Notes: generated from the sequence alone by a model not told the origin. A stretch of DNA of 64,000 bases from Callorhinchus milii (GCF_018977255.1 NW_024704743.1:55554001-55618000); one strand, 5' to 3'; shown: positions 34,576-48,627, counted from the stretch's first letter. A program made the numbers and translations.

Positions 34576-37500
34576 AGAGTCTCTTGCATTCTTATCCGGA
34601 TCCTTAAGGATTTGTCTGGTCATCTTCATCTCCTCTTGGAGCTAGAGGTTAAAACATTTCTGATCTTTTTAAATGGGTTATAGTCTGTTCCACTGATGCT
34701 TCTAGCGAGATGATGCATTTCACATACTGTGGTGCAGTATTCTGTGGTGTTCTTTTTTACGCATCTATACATTTTCAGCTATTCTTTGCCCATAGTGAAC
34801 AAGGCTGTGATATTTTCCAATGTGATGCAGTTCCCCATAACTCAAATTATGTACATATCCTGCTCGAATTTCTGTCTGCAGGTTAAATGTTTTTGTCTGC
34901 AACTCAAGACATAACTCATCCATTTTCCTCTGTGGGTTATACATTTTTGTCTGCAGAATATCAGTGCATGCCTCAACATCTTTCAATATGCATTTATCAT
35001 TTACCTGTTCTGACACTCAACCTTGCTTGCATTTGAACTGTAGTTTTTATCTGGACTGTTATATTTGATTCTAAGTGTCTGTCTGAGCTTATTGAGATGG
35101 TGTAGACTTGTTACCTTTGCTACTGTCTTATTCTGGAATGATTTTGTCAGCCTAGGATAATGGAGTCTGGGCTTGTTGTATCTGCTAGTATGTCTCAGTC
35201 TCAACATTTCAAAGTCTGGTTTCTGAGCCTGAGTTAATTGTATTGCTAAAGGTTGTCTATTCTTTTTGATCTGTTAATGCCTAGGATTTTGGGGTTCATT
35301 CTCAATGAAATACAATACAACCATACTATTTTCATTCACATAGTGCCTTTCACATAGAGAGGACATCTCAAAAGCGCTTCACAATGCTGGATGGGTACCT
35401 GAGCTGGGGAGTGGGAGTCAATGTGGGTGGTGAGGGGAAAGATGACCGAAAGAAAGCGCTGTCAAAGAGGTACGTTTTAAGACATGCCTATAGTGCTGAT
35501 TCTTAGTTTAGCTTTTCAAGTATCCTTCATATCAAATTAAAAAACCTGAGGTCGGATCTGAAAGTTACATAGAAATTTAGAAGATCAATGGAGCTTGCTT
35601 CTCCACCGAACATGTTATGGCACTATATGCTACCACTTCCCTTAATCCCATTTCACTGCCTATACGGTGCAGTTTGGTATTTTTATATTGGAATGGGCAG
35701 GACCAGAAGACAATGATATCAACTTGATTTAGTTGGTAGCCCTCTCACCTATGAGTCACAAGGTTGAGTGTTCAAGCCGCATTTGCTCACAGTTCAGGCT
35801 GACACTCAAGTGCAGTGTCAGAGAAGTGCTACTTATCAGAGGTGCTGTTCTTTGGATGATACGTTAATCAGAGGTCACATCTGTTAGTTCAGGTGAGCGT
35901 CAAAAAACCATGACAAGATATCAAATGCAAGTATAGTTATTTTATTGCAGTCCCTCTGGTCAGTTCTTATATCAGGCGCTTCACTGTAGAGAGTTTATGT
36001 TTTCTCAATGCAAGAAACCTTCGGTCAATTTACTGAAGGAACATTGCTATCATGCTCTCTGTGCCGGTGGAAAATCACAATAATGTCAACAACATTTTTG
36101 TGGATTCTCTTCAGACCTTCAAGAATAAGCAGAACTGAAGTACAGGATTTAAACAAAAAACATTGGCGTTTCAATGAATATCCCTTCTCAAGTTCTGTGT
36201 TAAGAACCATCCAATTATTAGTTCTATATGAAAATGCAACAACAACAAATTACATTTGTATAGGATCCTTCACGTCGGAAAGACGTCCAAGGGTGCTGAA
36301 AATATCACCAGTGTCACCAAAAAATTGCCTCAGAAACTCAAAGATGTTTTGTTGAATTATGAAAACTCATGACAGTATCTTAACATGTAATTTCAGGAGC
36401 TTCTCATGGGTTTCCTTGGTTCTTCAGTTTGATGACGGCAGTGACGTTGTAAAGGGAATGTTTTGTGTTTAAAACCAAAAGGTGTGAAGGCAAAAGCTAT
36501 TGATGGTTAAAAATTAACAGTGTTCTGTTATCTCTCAATAAGTAATGAGAATTCAGGTGCGTCTATAACAATCATTCACAGCTCTTGTATTGTGGACCGA
36601 ACAATGAAACATGTTATAAATATTTTCCCACATTTTAAATCACCTCGCCCCTTTACCGGCTTCACGGTTGAGCTAGCTGCTAGCGTGGATAGAGCCACAG
36701 AAATGTATAGCGCCGATGGAGGTCATTTAGCTCATTGTCTGTGCAGGCTCTTTTATTTGTCCTTTATTTATTTTCGTATATTTAACTAATTCCCTTTAAA
36801 AGGTAATATGGATTTAGCCTCAACCATTGTTCTAGATAGATGACTTATTATTCTCCCTGAGGAGGACCTGAAGTAATTACAGGGCGACCCTAATAAATGT
36901 CATGATCTAGGCCCAATATCCTGGACCCCACATTATAAATGGAGTATGAAAAGGATGTTAGATCATCAGGTCATCACTGATGTCACTTTTAAAGTTTTGC
37001 ATGCCAAGAGCAGGAAGTTATATGAGTATGGTTCCTGCCATTGCACTAGAAGTGCTGTCAGCGGTGATCTGATGACCCAGAAGCTGTCCATTTTGTAACG
37101 CAGAAGCCAGCTGTTGGCGCTGGAAATTGCAGTATTGACCTGTTTTCTGTTATATTTTTTGGGGTGGGGAGAGAGGGTGTTGCTGGTAGCAGAATAAGAA
37201 AATAGAAAAAGTCTACTTTAAAGAAACTAATTTACAATTGAAAACATCTGGCATTAGTAACCAAGTCTTGCCAACCTGCGCCCAATACTTTCTGGAATTA
37301 GGTAAACAGGACGGGTCCCTCCAGGGAGAGAGTGTGTATTCTATTCCAACAATCTATCTTTGGGATTTCCAATTGTAGGTGGGATGCGTGGAAATCTCAG
37401 CTATGGTTTGGTGATGGGTTTCCGCATGTGTCCGACACTCAGCTGATAAAAAAAATAGATTGCTTTAGTGGAGCAAATGGACAGTGTGGCGGAAATGGAC

Positions 37501-37804
37501 AGTTTTATATTAAATTGTGTGAAGATGCATATGATCATTGAGTGTAAACTGCAGGGGGAGAAAATAGCAGGGCTTAATGTCTTTTTGTTATCCTATCTTG
37601 TGTCCGTATGGTAGCAGAATAAGGACATTTCAATTTCAAATCTCTAGGAATAAATTTATTGTAAGTCGAACAAAGGATACTGGCTGGACTCTATCCACTT
37701 CTCCATGGTCCTGATGTGGCCTTTTAATTCACAGGAACCTAACTTGGTATCTTTTCCTTGCAGGTATTGCAGGCAGATAGTCAGTCTGTTAAAAATGAAG
37801 GTAT

Positions 37805-38130
37805 AATAATAATAATAATAATAATCCTTGCATTTGATATAGCGCTTTTCACGTCGAGAGGACGTCCCAAAGCGCTTCACAGAACACACTGTAAAGTGAA
37901 TTGACTGTATATTTGTGGGCGAACGCGGCAGCCAATTGCGCACAGCAATGTCCCACAAACAGTCGTAGATTGAAAATGACCAATTATTATTGTTTTGTTT
38001 TGGAGGGATTATTATTAGGCTCTGTGTGGAGTAAGGAAACTTGCCCAAGGTTTCGCCCTCTGCCTGGAATTGAACTCAGGTCTCTCGCTTGCAAAGCGAG
38101 TGCTCTAACCACTGAGCTACAGGACTCCAC
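37805..38130 (-). mobile_element. tRNA-Ala(TGC)-derived SINE, full length, young
   Basis: Reverse complement reads GTAGCTCAGTGGTTAGAGCA (A box), CTCGC-TTTGCAA-GCGAG anticodon arm, GAGTTCAATTCC (B box), then a (TTA)n tail; nearly identical to 52019-52345. Confidence 0.9.
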
Positions 38131-38167
38131 AGTATGTCCAAAAAAGCTTGGGAAATAAGATAGCAAA

Positions 38168-38520
38168 TGAACAACAACAAAAAAATTACATTTGTATTGG
38201 GCCTTTCATGTTGGGAGGTCGTCCCAAGGTGCTGGACAGTCAGTGTTTCAAACCCGAGCTGGGGGTTGAGATTGGGGAGGGTAAAGGGCAGGGGAGGTAG
38301 GAAGGTGACCGAAGGCATGGACAAAGAGGAGGGTCTTGAGAAGGGTCTTGAAGAAGGCAAGGGAGGGGGCGAGGCAGAGGAACTGTGAAATGGAATTCCA
38401 GAGGGTGGGGGAAGAGTGATGGAAGGCCTGCCCGCCAATAGTGGGGTGTGGGAGTCGGGTGATGTGAAGTAGGCTGGAGCCTGTTGAGCGGAGGGAGTGG
38501 GCAGATTGGTAGGAGGTTTG
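38168..38520 (-). mobile_element. L2-clade LINE 3' fragment
   Basis: Same 3' sequence and (AAC)n tail as the 15416 element. Confidence 0.85.
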
Positions 38521-39529
38521 AAGTATGAAGCAATATTGTAGTAAATGAAAGCCATACAGAAGGAAATAATAGTTTGCTCAAACTTGGATTTGCTTTTATT
38601 TTCCAATTGTCAACACTTAACTCCTTTAATTCACTAGAAATATAACTTTTGTAGTTCATTAGTGATGTTTATGACCTTGGACAAGCTAGAAAAGGTTCCA
38701 CTTTTGAATGTTTTAAAACGGGAAAGTAGAATTTATTAATTTTCAATGAATGTACAGTTCTACTAATATCAATCCTTGCATTTAATATAGCACCTTATCA
38801 CATCTCCGTGATGTTTCAAAGTGCTTCACAGAATGTACTGTAAAATGAATTGACTGTATATTTTCTGGGCAAAACGTAGCAGCCAATTGCACACAACAGT
38901 GTCCACAAACACCCGTGGATCGAGTAACCACATTATTTATTAATGCATGGCTTTCATATTTTGCGGTATAAGATGTCTTCAAACAGTGTTGGAAAGAAAT
39001 ACCAGGATAATATAATTGGAAGGATGGTGGATTCTCGGATGTCTGGAATGAAGCAGATTTATTATATAACCCTGAAGCAACATGCTGCGGTAGTCTCAGG
39101 AAATGTAACTGTCGCCAAAAACGTCTATTTTTTAATATCAGGATAAATTATATTTCCTGCAGAATTCCTGAAAGAAATGTTTCAGACTTTGCACAATTGA
39201 TGTAAAAGTAATATAATAAGTTGCCTTATGATTACCTAACATTGTAGCATTTTGGATCTATGGTGAGAATGTAGGGTAGGTGTTCACTAGGATTATTATT
39301 ATATAGCGTGGAGGGGAAGCTGGAGAGGTTAGGACTTTTCCAATTTCAGAAGAGAAGGTTGAGGAATAATTTGATAGAAGTGGTTTAAGATAATGAAAGA
39401 AATTGAGAGAATTAATCGTGAAAACCTTTTCCTGCTGTTAAGGGATTTGAGGTGAAAAAAATAATTGGACATGCAGAGGAAGGGTATTAAAGGGTATAGA
39501 GAAGCAAATTTAGAATAACTTGGATAATA

Positions 39530-39940
39530 ATATAAAATAACCTTGCATTTAATATAAGCTTTATCACGTCATTGAAAATCTCAAACTAATTCGCAGAATT
39601 TACTGTGAAATGTATTGACTGTGTATTTGTTGGTGAACACGGCAGCCAATTTACAAAGCAGTGTCTCAAAAACAGCCATGATGTGAATGACCAACTTGTC
39701 GAAACATTGGAAGAAACTCCTTTTTTTAATAGATTATCAACATCCACTTGAACAAGCAAATGGGACCTCAGTTTAACATCTTGTCCAAAGGACAGAACCT
39801 TGGACAATGCCACATTGGAATTCAGCTTAACATTGTGAGCCACAAATTGTGAGCTCAAGGTCTCAACATGTTAACGTCTTCAAACCACAACCTTCCGACT
39901 CTTAGTTGAGAATGCTGCCAACTGAGTTAGGCTGGCACTC
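39530..39940 (-). mobile_element. Deu-domain SINE
   Basis: Reverse complement has an AGCCTAACTCAGTTGGCAGCATTCTC head, a Deu-like core and the L2-type tail. Confidence 0.65.
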
Positions 39941-40036
39941 TTACCTTACACTTCATTAACTTTATTCAATCAGGATTGTTATTTTGTAAAGTATTTCTAC
40001 AGTTTTATTTTTGCTCACTCTTATTTATCTTTACAG

Positions 40037-40316
40037 AATTCCCTGGATCAAAGAAATTGTGGTGGTGGTGGCAAAGCAGAACATTGAACTGATGAACTCT
40101 ATTATACAACAATACGGTAACTCAAGGGTTACAGTGGTTGAAGGTGCACTGACTCGGCACAGATCCATCTTCAATGGGCTCAAAGCATTTGTGGAAAACC
40201 AGCCCCATGGATCTCGGCTGGCCAAGCCTGAAGTAGTTATCATCCACGATGCTGTGAGACCTTTTGTGGAGGAAGATATCTTGTTTAGTGTGGCCACTGC
40301 AGCTAAAGAATATGGG
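40037..40316 (+). CDS. CRPPA: CRPPA coding exon 2
   Basis: ttacag|A ATT CCC TGG...TAT GGG|gtatgt; 280 nt; WIKEIVVVV, GALTRHRSIFNGLKAF and VVIIHDAVRPFV (IspD signature). Confidence 0.96.
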
Positions 40317-40844
40317 GTATGTATAAGATCAATGATTATAAGTCTGCGTTTAGAGCACTCACCTCGCAAGTGGGAGGACCTGGGTTCAATTACCAGGCGA
40401 GTTGAAACCTTACCAGGCAAGTTTCTTTACTCCACATGTCTCTGTTCACCTAGCAGTAAGTAGGATCCTTATTGTTAGTTGATTGGTGGATCGCTTTCCA
40501 GGGGTAATGGTTTCTGCCAGTCTGGTCTGGTCTTCTTGGATATTCCTTGACACCAGGTTACAGTGCTTGCTGTCCAAGAGTGTGGTTGCTGTGCAGGTAG
40601 CAGCTTCTACACTATAAACAAATTCACACATCCAGGTGTTCACAATGTTTGAAAAGCCATCTTCAGCCACGAAGGGAAACCGTTATATTCCGATTCAATA
40701 TTTGTGAATCCGGTGACTCCCAATTGTGTACACAGTATATTGATCCATTAATGTAAATGTGATTTGAATATAAAAGTATGGATGACATTTTGCATCCATA
40801 CTTTTATATTCCATTGGTATAATATTCCAATTCTCTCCTTGCTG

Positions 40845-41275
40845 GTCTTCCCAGCTCCACCATACACAAAATTCAATTAATCCAAAACTCGCCACCTCGA
40901 TACTCACCAGCACAAAATTTTGTACCCCCATCACACCAATTTTTGCCAGGCTGCAATGATTACCAATTACTGAACAGATCAATTTCAAGATCCTCTCACT
41001 TGTTTTCAAATCCCTTCATGCTCTCGCATCTCCCTATCTATATGATCTGCTTAACCCCCACTCCACCACCCACTGCCTCCGCGCGGCTGGCTCCAGCATC
41101 CTGTTTGTCTCTTATCCCCTCCGTTCCACTATCGGTGGCTGTGCCTTCAGCCACTATGCTCTGGAATTCTCTCCCTCAATCCCTGCACCTTGCCCCCCTC
41201 CCTCCCAACTTTCAAATCCAGTATATAGACCTTTTTGATTATGCTTATGGTCCCCTACACCCTCCCTCCCTTCAT
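40845..41275 (+). mobile_element. L2-clade LINE 3' fragment
   Basis: QLIQNSxxxILT..EQINFKILSLVFKSLHALASPYL motif. Confidence 0.8.
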
Positions 41276-44059
41276 TTATACTTCATTTGTCAATACACAT
41301 TCTGATCTTTCGCTGTGCACTAAAATAAGAAATTCTTCATTGGCGGTGGAAGTAGCCAGGCCAAATTATTACAACTTGAAAGATCTTTTAGAAATTCTCT
41401 GATAGGAAGATGTGTGTGCAATTCATTTACGTGTGATTTTCTTGTTCTTTGCAACTTTGAATTCACATAGTTTAGGTTGACACTTAAGTGCAGTGTTGGG
41501 GGCAGCGCTGCATTTTCCAAGGTGCTATCCCTTGAATGAGACACTAAACTGAGGTCAGTCATGTCTGCCTGTTCAGATAGGTGTTAAAGATCCTTGAAAA
41601 GTCCTTTTCTACTTGAAAAGAGAAGGGAGTTTCTTCTCTTGTTAACTGGTATCCTGGCTAACAATCCTCCAGATGGAATTAGTCACTTACTTCAAGGCTG
41701 TTTGTAGGACATTGCTGTACGAAAAGTGCCTGTCGTGTTTGCTTACAAATGTACTTTACAGAAAATGTAAGTGAACTGCTTTGAGATAAGACACACAATC
41801 AAATGCAAGGATTATTATATATTAACAGGGTTGGCATTCAGGACCAAGAATCATTTCCTTGTATTTAATAGGCAGCAGAGACTCCTGCTTTTCATCTCTT
41901 TCAGAATAAAGATAATATATAATATAAATAGATAATAATACAGGATGTAATAATCCCTCAAAAAGAAATTTGGTCACTCAATGCACAACTGTTTGTGGGA
42001 CACTGCTGTGCGCAATTAGCTGTTGCGTTTTGCCCACAAAATATACAGTCAATTCACTATACAGTGTATCCTGTGAAGCGCTTTGAATCGTCTCGAAGAT
42101 GTGATAAGGCACTATATCAAATGCAAAGATTATGATTATTATAGATGTATTGTAAACTTGGTTTAAAGTGTGGAATTTCTTAATGATTGAATTCATCTCT
42201 GGCCCTGCCATAGTTTTGCGAAGTTTTAGCAAGCTTTGTGAGCCACTTGCTTTTCTTCCAAAATCTTCATATTGACTAAAGAATGCTAGGATCTGGACCC
42301 TGTTATCCACTGAACTCCTTTAAATTGATTGAGGCAGATTTGAAAGCCCTTATTTTAGTCTTTGAACTATTTCCTGATGGCTACTTGGTGCAAATAAAGT
42401 TTAGCTTTGGCCTGTGCTGAGTTACCTCCTGGAGTGCGTGAATCATATTTAACTGTTGGCCACACATTAGAATCTTGGTCCACTGCCATCTATTTAACAA
42501 TTGCACATACGCAAAAAGATTGGTTACAAAGCTGGGCCTCATTAACCCTTTACAGTCCCAAATGTTTGAGACATTGTGTCTGTATATATGGATCGGTGGT
42601 TATGTTATGGTCCTTTGAGTGGATGGTGATGCAGTTCTTCGGTTCAAGTGATCGGATCCAACTGTTCTGATTTCTCTACTGTGACACTTAACAGGTTTGT
42701 GAATGGGAGCTTAAGAACAAATTAAATTAACTATTTTTGTGTATAGAGCTAGAAAACTAGCAAATCGTATCGTAGTTGGTGAAATTTGATCAAGATGAAC
42801 CGTGAAAGACTTTGGAATGATGAGGTGCAGGATTTATGTCTGTAATTTTCACCCCAAGCTGCTGAGTTCCAATCTAAGCCAAGTTGCTTAGTGGATGAAT
42901 AACAGATCAGCAATACCTTCCCAAATTCAATCATAAATTCTAGTTGAATAACTTGTCATGTTGATGATGATAATAATAATAATAATAATCTATAATAGTA
43001 GTGATATACACACAGTTGCACTACTTTAGAGTATATCCTGTGAAGCGCTTTGAGATGTCTCAATGATGTGATGAGGCACTATATCAAATAATAATAGTCC
43101 TTGCATTTCATATAGCACCTTATCACATCTTTGAGACATCCCAAAGAGCTTCACAAGAATATACCTTAAAGTGAGTTGACTAGATTTTGGGGGCGAAACG
43201 CAAGGATTATAGAATTGTTATACCTATCCCAGAATATTACCAGCCACAGAGTGTGAAGCAGCAGAATGAATATGAGCAGAGATACAGTCATGAAGTCAGG
43301 ATTCTCATTTGATTGAATCTGTGCATGCCAAAAGTCAGCCTCGCATTGTTGGGCACAGAAATTCCTTTGAACCAGCTTCTCCAGTGAGACCGACACCATA
43401 TAAATTGAAGCGTTTAAAAATAATAAAAATAGGAACAAATGCTTGTTAAGTTTAGTGTTTATTACATGTGAAAACCCATCACCATGCTTAAGAGTATCCA
43501 AACCAAACTGAGAGTTCCATGCATCTCACCTCCACATGGAAATTTCAGAGATGTTTATTGGAATGGAATGTGCAATCTCTCCCAGGAGGGACACATCCTG
43601 TTTATCTAATTCTGGAAGATATTAGCCGCAAATTATAATAATAATAATCTTTGCATTTGATATAGCGCTTTTCACGTCTTATCGACATCTCAAAGCGCTT
43701 CACAGAATAGACTGTAAACTGAATTGACTGTATATTTGTGGGCGAAACGCGGCAGCCAATTGCGCACAGCAGTGTCCCACAAACAGTCGTGGATTGAAAA
43801 TGACCAATTTATTATTGTTTTTGTTTTTTGGAGGGATTGGCAAGAGCCAAGTCTTGAAGACCCCAGAGTGTGTGTTGGGTACTGCTGGAGTATAACCAGC
43901 TAAACCTGCATAGCTTGCCACTGAGAGCACTGTCTTCCAGCTTTCCTGCTACTTGTCCAGTTAGGACCACCCTACTTGTTATGGCTTTGACTTGCAACCT
44001 CTATCTTGGGAGTTATACTTAAAAATGAGAGGGCTTACACCTTGCTTAGCGGTTATATA

Positions 44060-44450
44060 CACTCTTGGCCTCTGAGTCAGAAGCTTGTGGGTTGAAGTCT
44101 AGTGTAAGGACTTTGAACTCCCATAGTCTTCTAGGCTGACACTCCTGTGCAGTGCTGGAGGTGTGCTGCATTGTTGGAGATCGTGCCATTCAGGTGAAAT
44201 GATAAGGCCCCGTCTGCCTGATCGTGTCGTGGACATAAAGATACCAGATATTATTTGAAAAGAGAAGGGAGTTTCTCCTGGAAAATTGGTCATTCACTTC
44301 ACAGGTTTTTGTGGGACGTTACTGTGCACAAATTGGCTACCAAGTTTGCCTACCAAACACAAAGTTACTACATTTACTGTATATCCTGGGAAGCACTTTG
44401 AAAAGTCCTCCCTATGTGAATGACTATCAAACGTAAGGATTATTATAGCA
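44060..44450 (+). mobile_element. Deu-domain SINE
   Basis: CTCTTGGCCTCTGAGTCAGAAG head; GGCTGACACTCCTGTGCAGTGCTGGAGGTGTGCTGCATTGTTGGAG core; L2-type tail. Further copies at ~35725-35945(+), 41470-41822(+), 45735-46130(+), 56575-56970(-), 60895-61285(-) and 63340-63620(+). Confidence 0.75.
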
Positions 44451-47400
44451 ATAGTTTTGTTTCTCTTTCTGTTTTCTAAAAGGAACAAAAAAAGTTACGT
44501 AGAGTAATGTGGTACTGAAACAGGCCATCCATGCCAGTGTTTAACCTCCACACCTCCGATTCCCCTCACCCATTCCCTTCTTATGCATGCTCATGAGGTA
44601 AAATACCGTAGCTAGAATGCCCAGTATTTGATTGACTTAACAATACCAAGTTTATCAGCCATAAGCAAACAAGAGGAAAGCCGAGGAACCTGCACTGTGG
44701 TTAGCCCCATTTAGTTCCAGTTTGAAACTGATGATGTGAGACTCAGCCTGAGGACGTCCTCCTGACGTGAAAGGCACTATCCAAATGTAATTTGTTGTTA
44801 TCGATACAGCGCTGATTTGAAATAGTGTAAAATTCTATGTAGGCTGTTCTTCCGCAAAAAAAAGCCAGTGGAACTGGTACACCTTCTTACTGAAATGCAA
44901 ACTAATGATGGCATTCTTTTTCCCTGTAATTTCTTGAGGTCAAAATGAAACCCCACTGCAGGCTGTTGATGGGTTTGCATAATGACTTAACATGATGGTC
45001 TTGGTGCCAAGTTTAAGCAACGTAGAATGACTTGCCCTGTGTTGAAGGAAATGTGCCACAACAAAAAGTTGGTCAAGTGCATTTGGATAGAATAAATGAG
45101 ACTTTTAGTGTTGCATTTTCATTCGATCAAGTCAAACATTTGAACCTTTCACATAAATTGAGCTGAAGGTCAAGTTTTTTTTAAAAAAAACCCACAGGTC
45201 ATTTGTAGACAATGGCCTCTGCCAGTCATTCTTGTGATTTATATCTCAAGTGACCTGGAACACTTTGGTTTCTTTTAAGTGCTACTATATAACCGCTAAG
45301 CAAGGTGTAAACCCTCATTTCAAAGTATAACTCCCAAGATACAGATTGAAATGCATTTCTGCCAGACGTTGAATTTCCTCCTCAATCTTGTGATGGTGCT
45401 TGAATTAGCTCAATAGTTTTGTCTTTCTAAGATCACAGAGAACATTGTTGGATTAAAGTTGAACAGTATGTTACTATGTAACATTATGGAACATTTGATA
45501 GTGAAGAACAAAAATATATTTTAGATATTAATAGCTCATTCCAGACTTTAGTTTGTTTGGTGTGGTCGCACCTGGGGTCATGCGTCCTTTTACTTCTTAA
45601 AGCACTGGAGAGTTTGACTAGCTTTCTTTGAAGCTACTTCTTATTAACCTGAATTATCAGGGAATCATTAGTGATGTCTGTTTGATTCCATTGGTTGCAC
45701 ATTCAACTCTGGGTCAGAAGAGCCACACAACTAGAACTCTTGCCTCTGAGTCAGAAGATTGTGAGTTCAAGCCCCACGTTGCGACTAGTCTAATAAGCTG
45801 TCACTCTAAAGCAGTGTTGAGGATGTGATGCATTGTTGGAGGTGCCGTCCTTCGGATGAGACATTAAATCAAGGTCACGTTTGCTGATTCAGGTGGATGT
45901 TAAAGATCCCATGACACTATTCAAAAAGGAAAAAAGAGTTTCCCCTAGTGTTCTGACCAACAATCCCCCAAATAAAATTCATTGTGCGGCTGTTTGTGGC
46001 ATATTGCTGTGCACAAGCTGGATGCTGCGTTCGTCCACAAATACACAGTCACTCCACTTCACAGTAAATCCTGCAAAACGCTTTGGGACATCCTCCTGAC
46101 ATCAAAGGAACTATAAGAAATGGAGTTTTGGATTGAGTGACTAAATTGTTTTTTATTATTTTGGGAGCTAGGGATTATTACCCCTGGAAAGCGGTCCAGG
46201 CAATCGACTAACAACCAGGTTCCTACTTACTGCTAGGTAAACGGAGGTGTGTGAAGTAGGGAAACTTGCCTAAGGTTTCATCTCACCCGGGAATTGAACC
46301 CGGGTCCTTTGGTTTGCAAGGCAAGCACGTTAACTACGATAATAATATAATAATAATGATCGTTGCATTTGGTATAACATCTTATTATGCCATTGAGACA
46401 TCTCAAAGCGCTTCACAATATACTGTAAAGTGGAGTGACTGTATTTTGTGGGTAAAATACTTCTATGCTACAGGACTCCAGCTGTCTTTGGATAAGAAAT
46501 CAAGAGAAGAGCCCTGGCAAATTTTCCCAATGGTGCTAAAATGATAACAGTTGAATTTTGTCTAACCTAAGAGACACAAACTAACACAGGCCAGGATAAA
46601 ACCTACAGCTTTCTGATTATTACAGCTCATTTGATCTTTAGTTCATTGGGAAGCTGTGCATTAATTTAAAATAGGGTCTTCAAAGAATAAATTGTATTAA
46701 GGAACCAATAAAATGTCTTGGTTCTTAATGTATCCGATATGGGAGGGGGAAATCAATTGATGACTTGTAGTAAAAAGGACTTTAAAACGCTTTATTACCC
46801 TTTTAATAACGGTTAATCATTCTGTTTGAAAAACAATATTTCACCACCAGTACTTTTTATTAAGGAGCTTTTATGTATTATTTACTTATTATAAATTGAT
46901 TGTAAATAATTTAAATTTGCTGTTTAGTGTTATCTGTGACTCTGCAGTTGTTCAGAGTTGCTACCTCTTGATGATTTTATAAATCTGTCAGGCGCCTTGT
47001 AGCAAAGACAACTTTGTAATGTTACATCATTGTTGTGCTTTGAAAATGTTTTTGTGCAGTTTAAGGAAGAGCATCTTTTTCTCCTCCTTTTCTATTTGGA
47101 TACATTAATGCCAAGACTAAACCAATGTAAGGTATTTGTATTAACCTCGTGCATTTTTTTCCCCCTCCGTAATAATACTGAGGTCATCTGTTAATAGCTA
47201 AGTTGAGAAGCATTTACAATAAGGACAACTGAGAGCCTGGCTTTGAACAATAATTGCTCACTACATATGATTGATGTATAAGGTGTTTTATTTCATTGTG
47301 ACATGGAGGCATGACCGATTTATTCCTGTATGGAGGTCTTTAGACTTAACTTAATTGTCAATGGAGTTTGTGCTAGAAGACATCTTTGTGAAGTTTCTCA

Positions 47401-48627
47401 TTAGCTTGGGTTGGGTTTGAACTGCCTATGATGCACACCTGAATGGGTTATTATTGAGAATTTTGCAATAGTTTTGCCTCTGACATACAGGATTATCATT
47501 TCTTCTATGCTGAACTAGCGAATGAATTGTGGCTGCTGACAGATCAAGTAAGAAAGGAAACCACTGATCCATTAAGGACAAAGCAGTGTGCCGGGGGGGT
47601 GGGGGGGAGGGGGGCGGTTGCTGTGTATGGAGTGTGAAGCTCTTTTCTATTCATTGTCATCTATTACCGTCACTTATTTGGCGGCTGAACTGGATAACAG
47701 GCCATCTTACATAGTGCTGAACATAAAGCGTCATAGGTCTATTTTTGTAGTGTATTACTTGAAACGTTTAAGGGGGAACCAAATGGAGATGTTTAAAATA
47801 AAAATTGGTCAATCATTCCATAGCTGTTCATGGGATGTTGCTGAACACAACTGGCTGCTGCGTTTCATCCACAGAATACAGTCACTCCAGTTTGCAGTAT
47901 ATCCTGTGAAGTGCTTTCATACGTCTCAACAACGTGCTCAGGCACTATCAAATTCAAAGACTGTTATTTTTATTATAAAAAGGTTCAATAAGGAAGGAGT
48001 TGTGTGAGACGTCTCGAAGACGTGATACGGCGCTATATCAAATGCAAGGATTATTATATTGTTAGAACCAATGGACCAATGCTGGATTTTTTTATGTCTG
48101 TAAAAAGATTGACGTTGAACAACTAATAAATGTGAATTAAATAACCATCTCACAATGGCTTCCTATGTGAAGCCACGACTGTGTAAAAGTCTAAATCACA
48201 GGCAGCGTGTGCAGGTGCACTCATTAATCTTCATGTGAAGAACAGTGTCTTGTCCAAGAGCTGATAAAAGGAGTTTGAAGAAGAGGACAGACAAGAGTTG
48301 TCATCAAACCTGTTGACCTGTTCATTCCATTGGAAATGTGCCCTCAATTCTGAAAGTGTATACTGTACATGTTAATGCCTGTTCTTGCATTCCAGCGCCA
48401 GAGCTCAGAATGTGTTGGCAACCTCCCTGAACATTGTCTGAGCTGCTGTACTTACCAAGCAATTTAGTTAATTAGCTGGCAGCAGCTTGGCAGAGTTAGA
48501 CCCAGGATGCAAAGTACTATTTGTCGGGGGATTTATTTTCTCCTAAAATAACAGACCCCCCCCCCGCTACCCCGACCCCCCCAATCAGAAAGTGAATCTC
48601 AAAGGTATTGGTTAATTTGCTTTCGGT

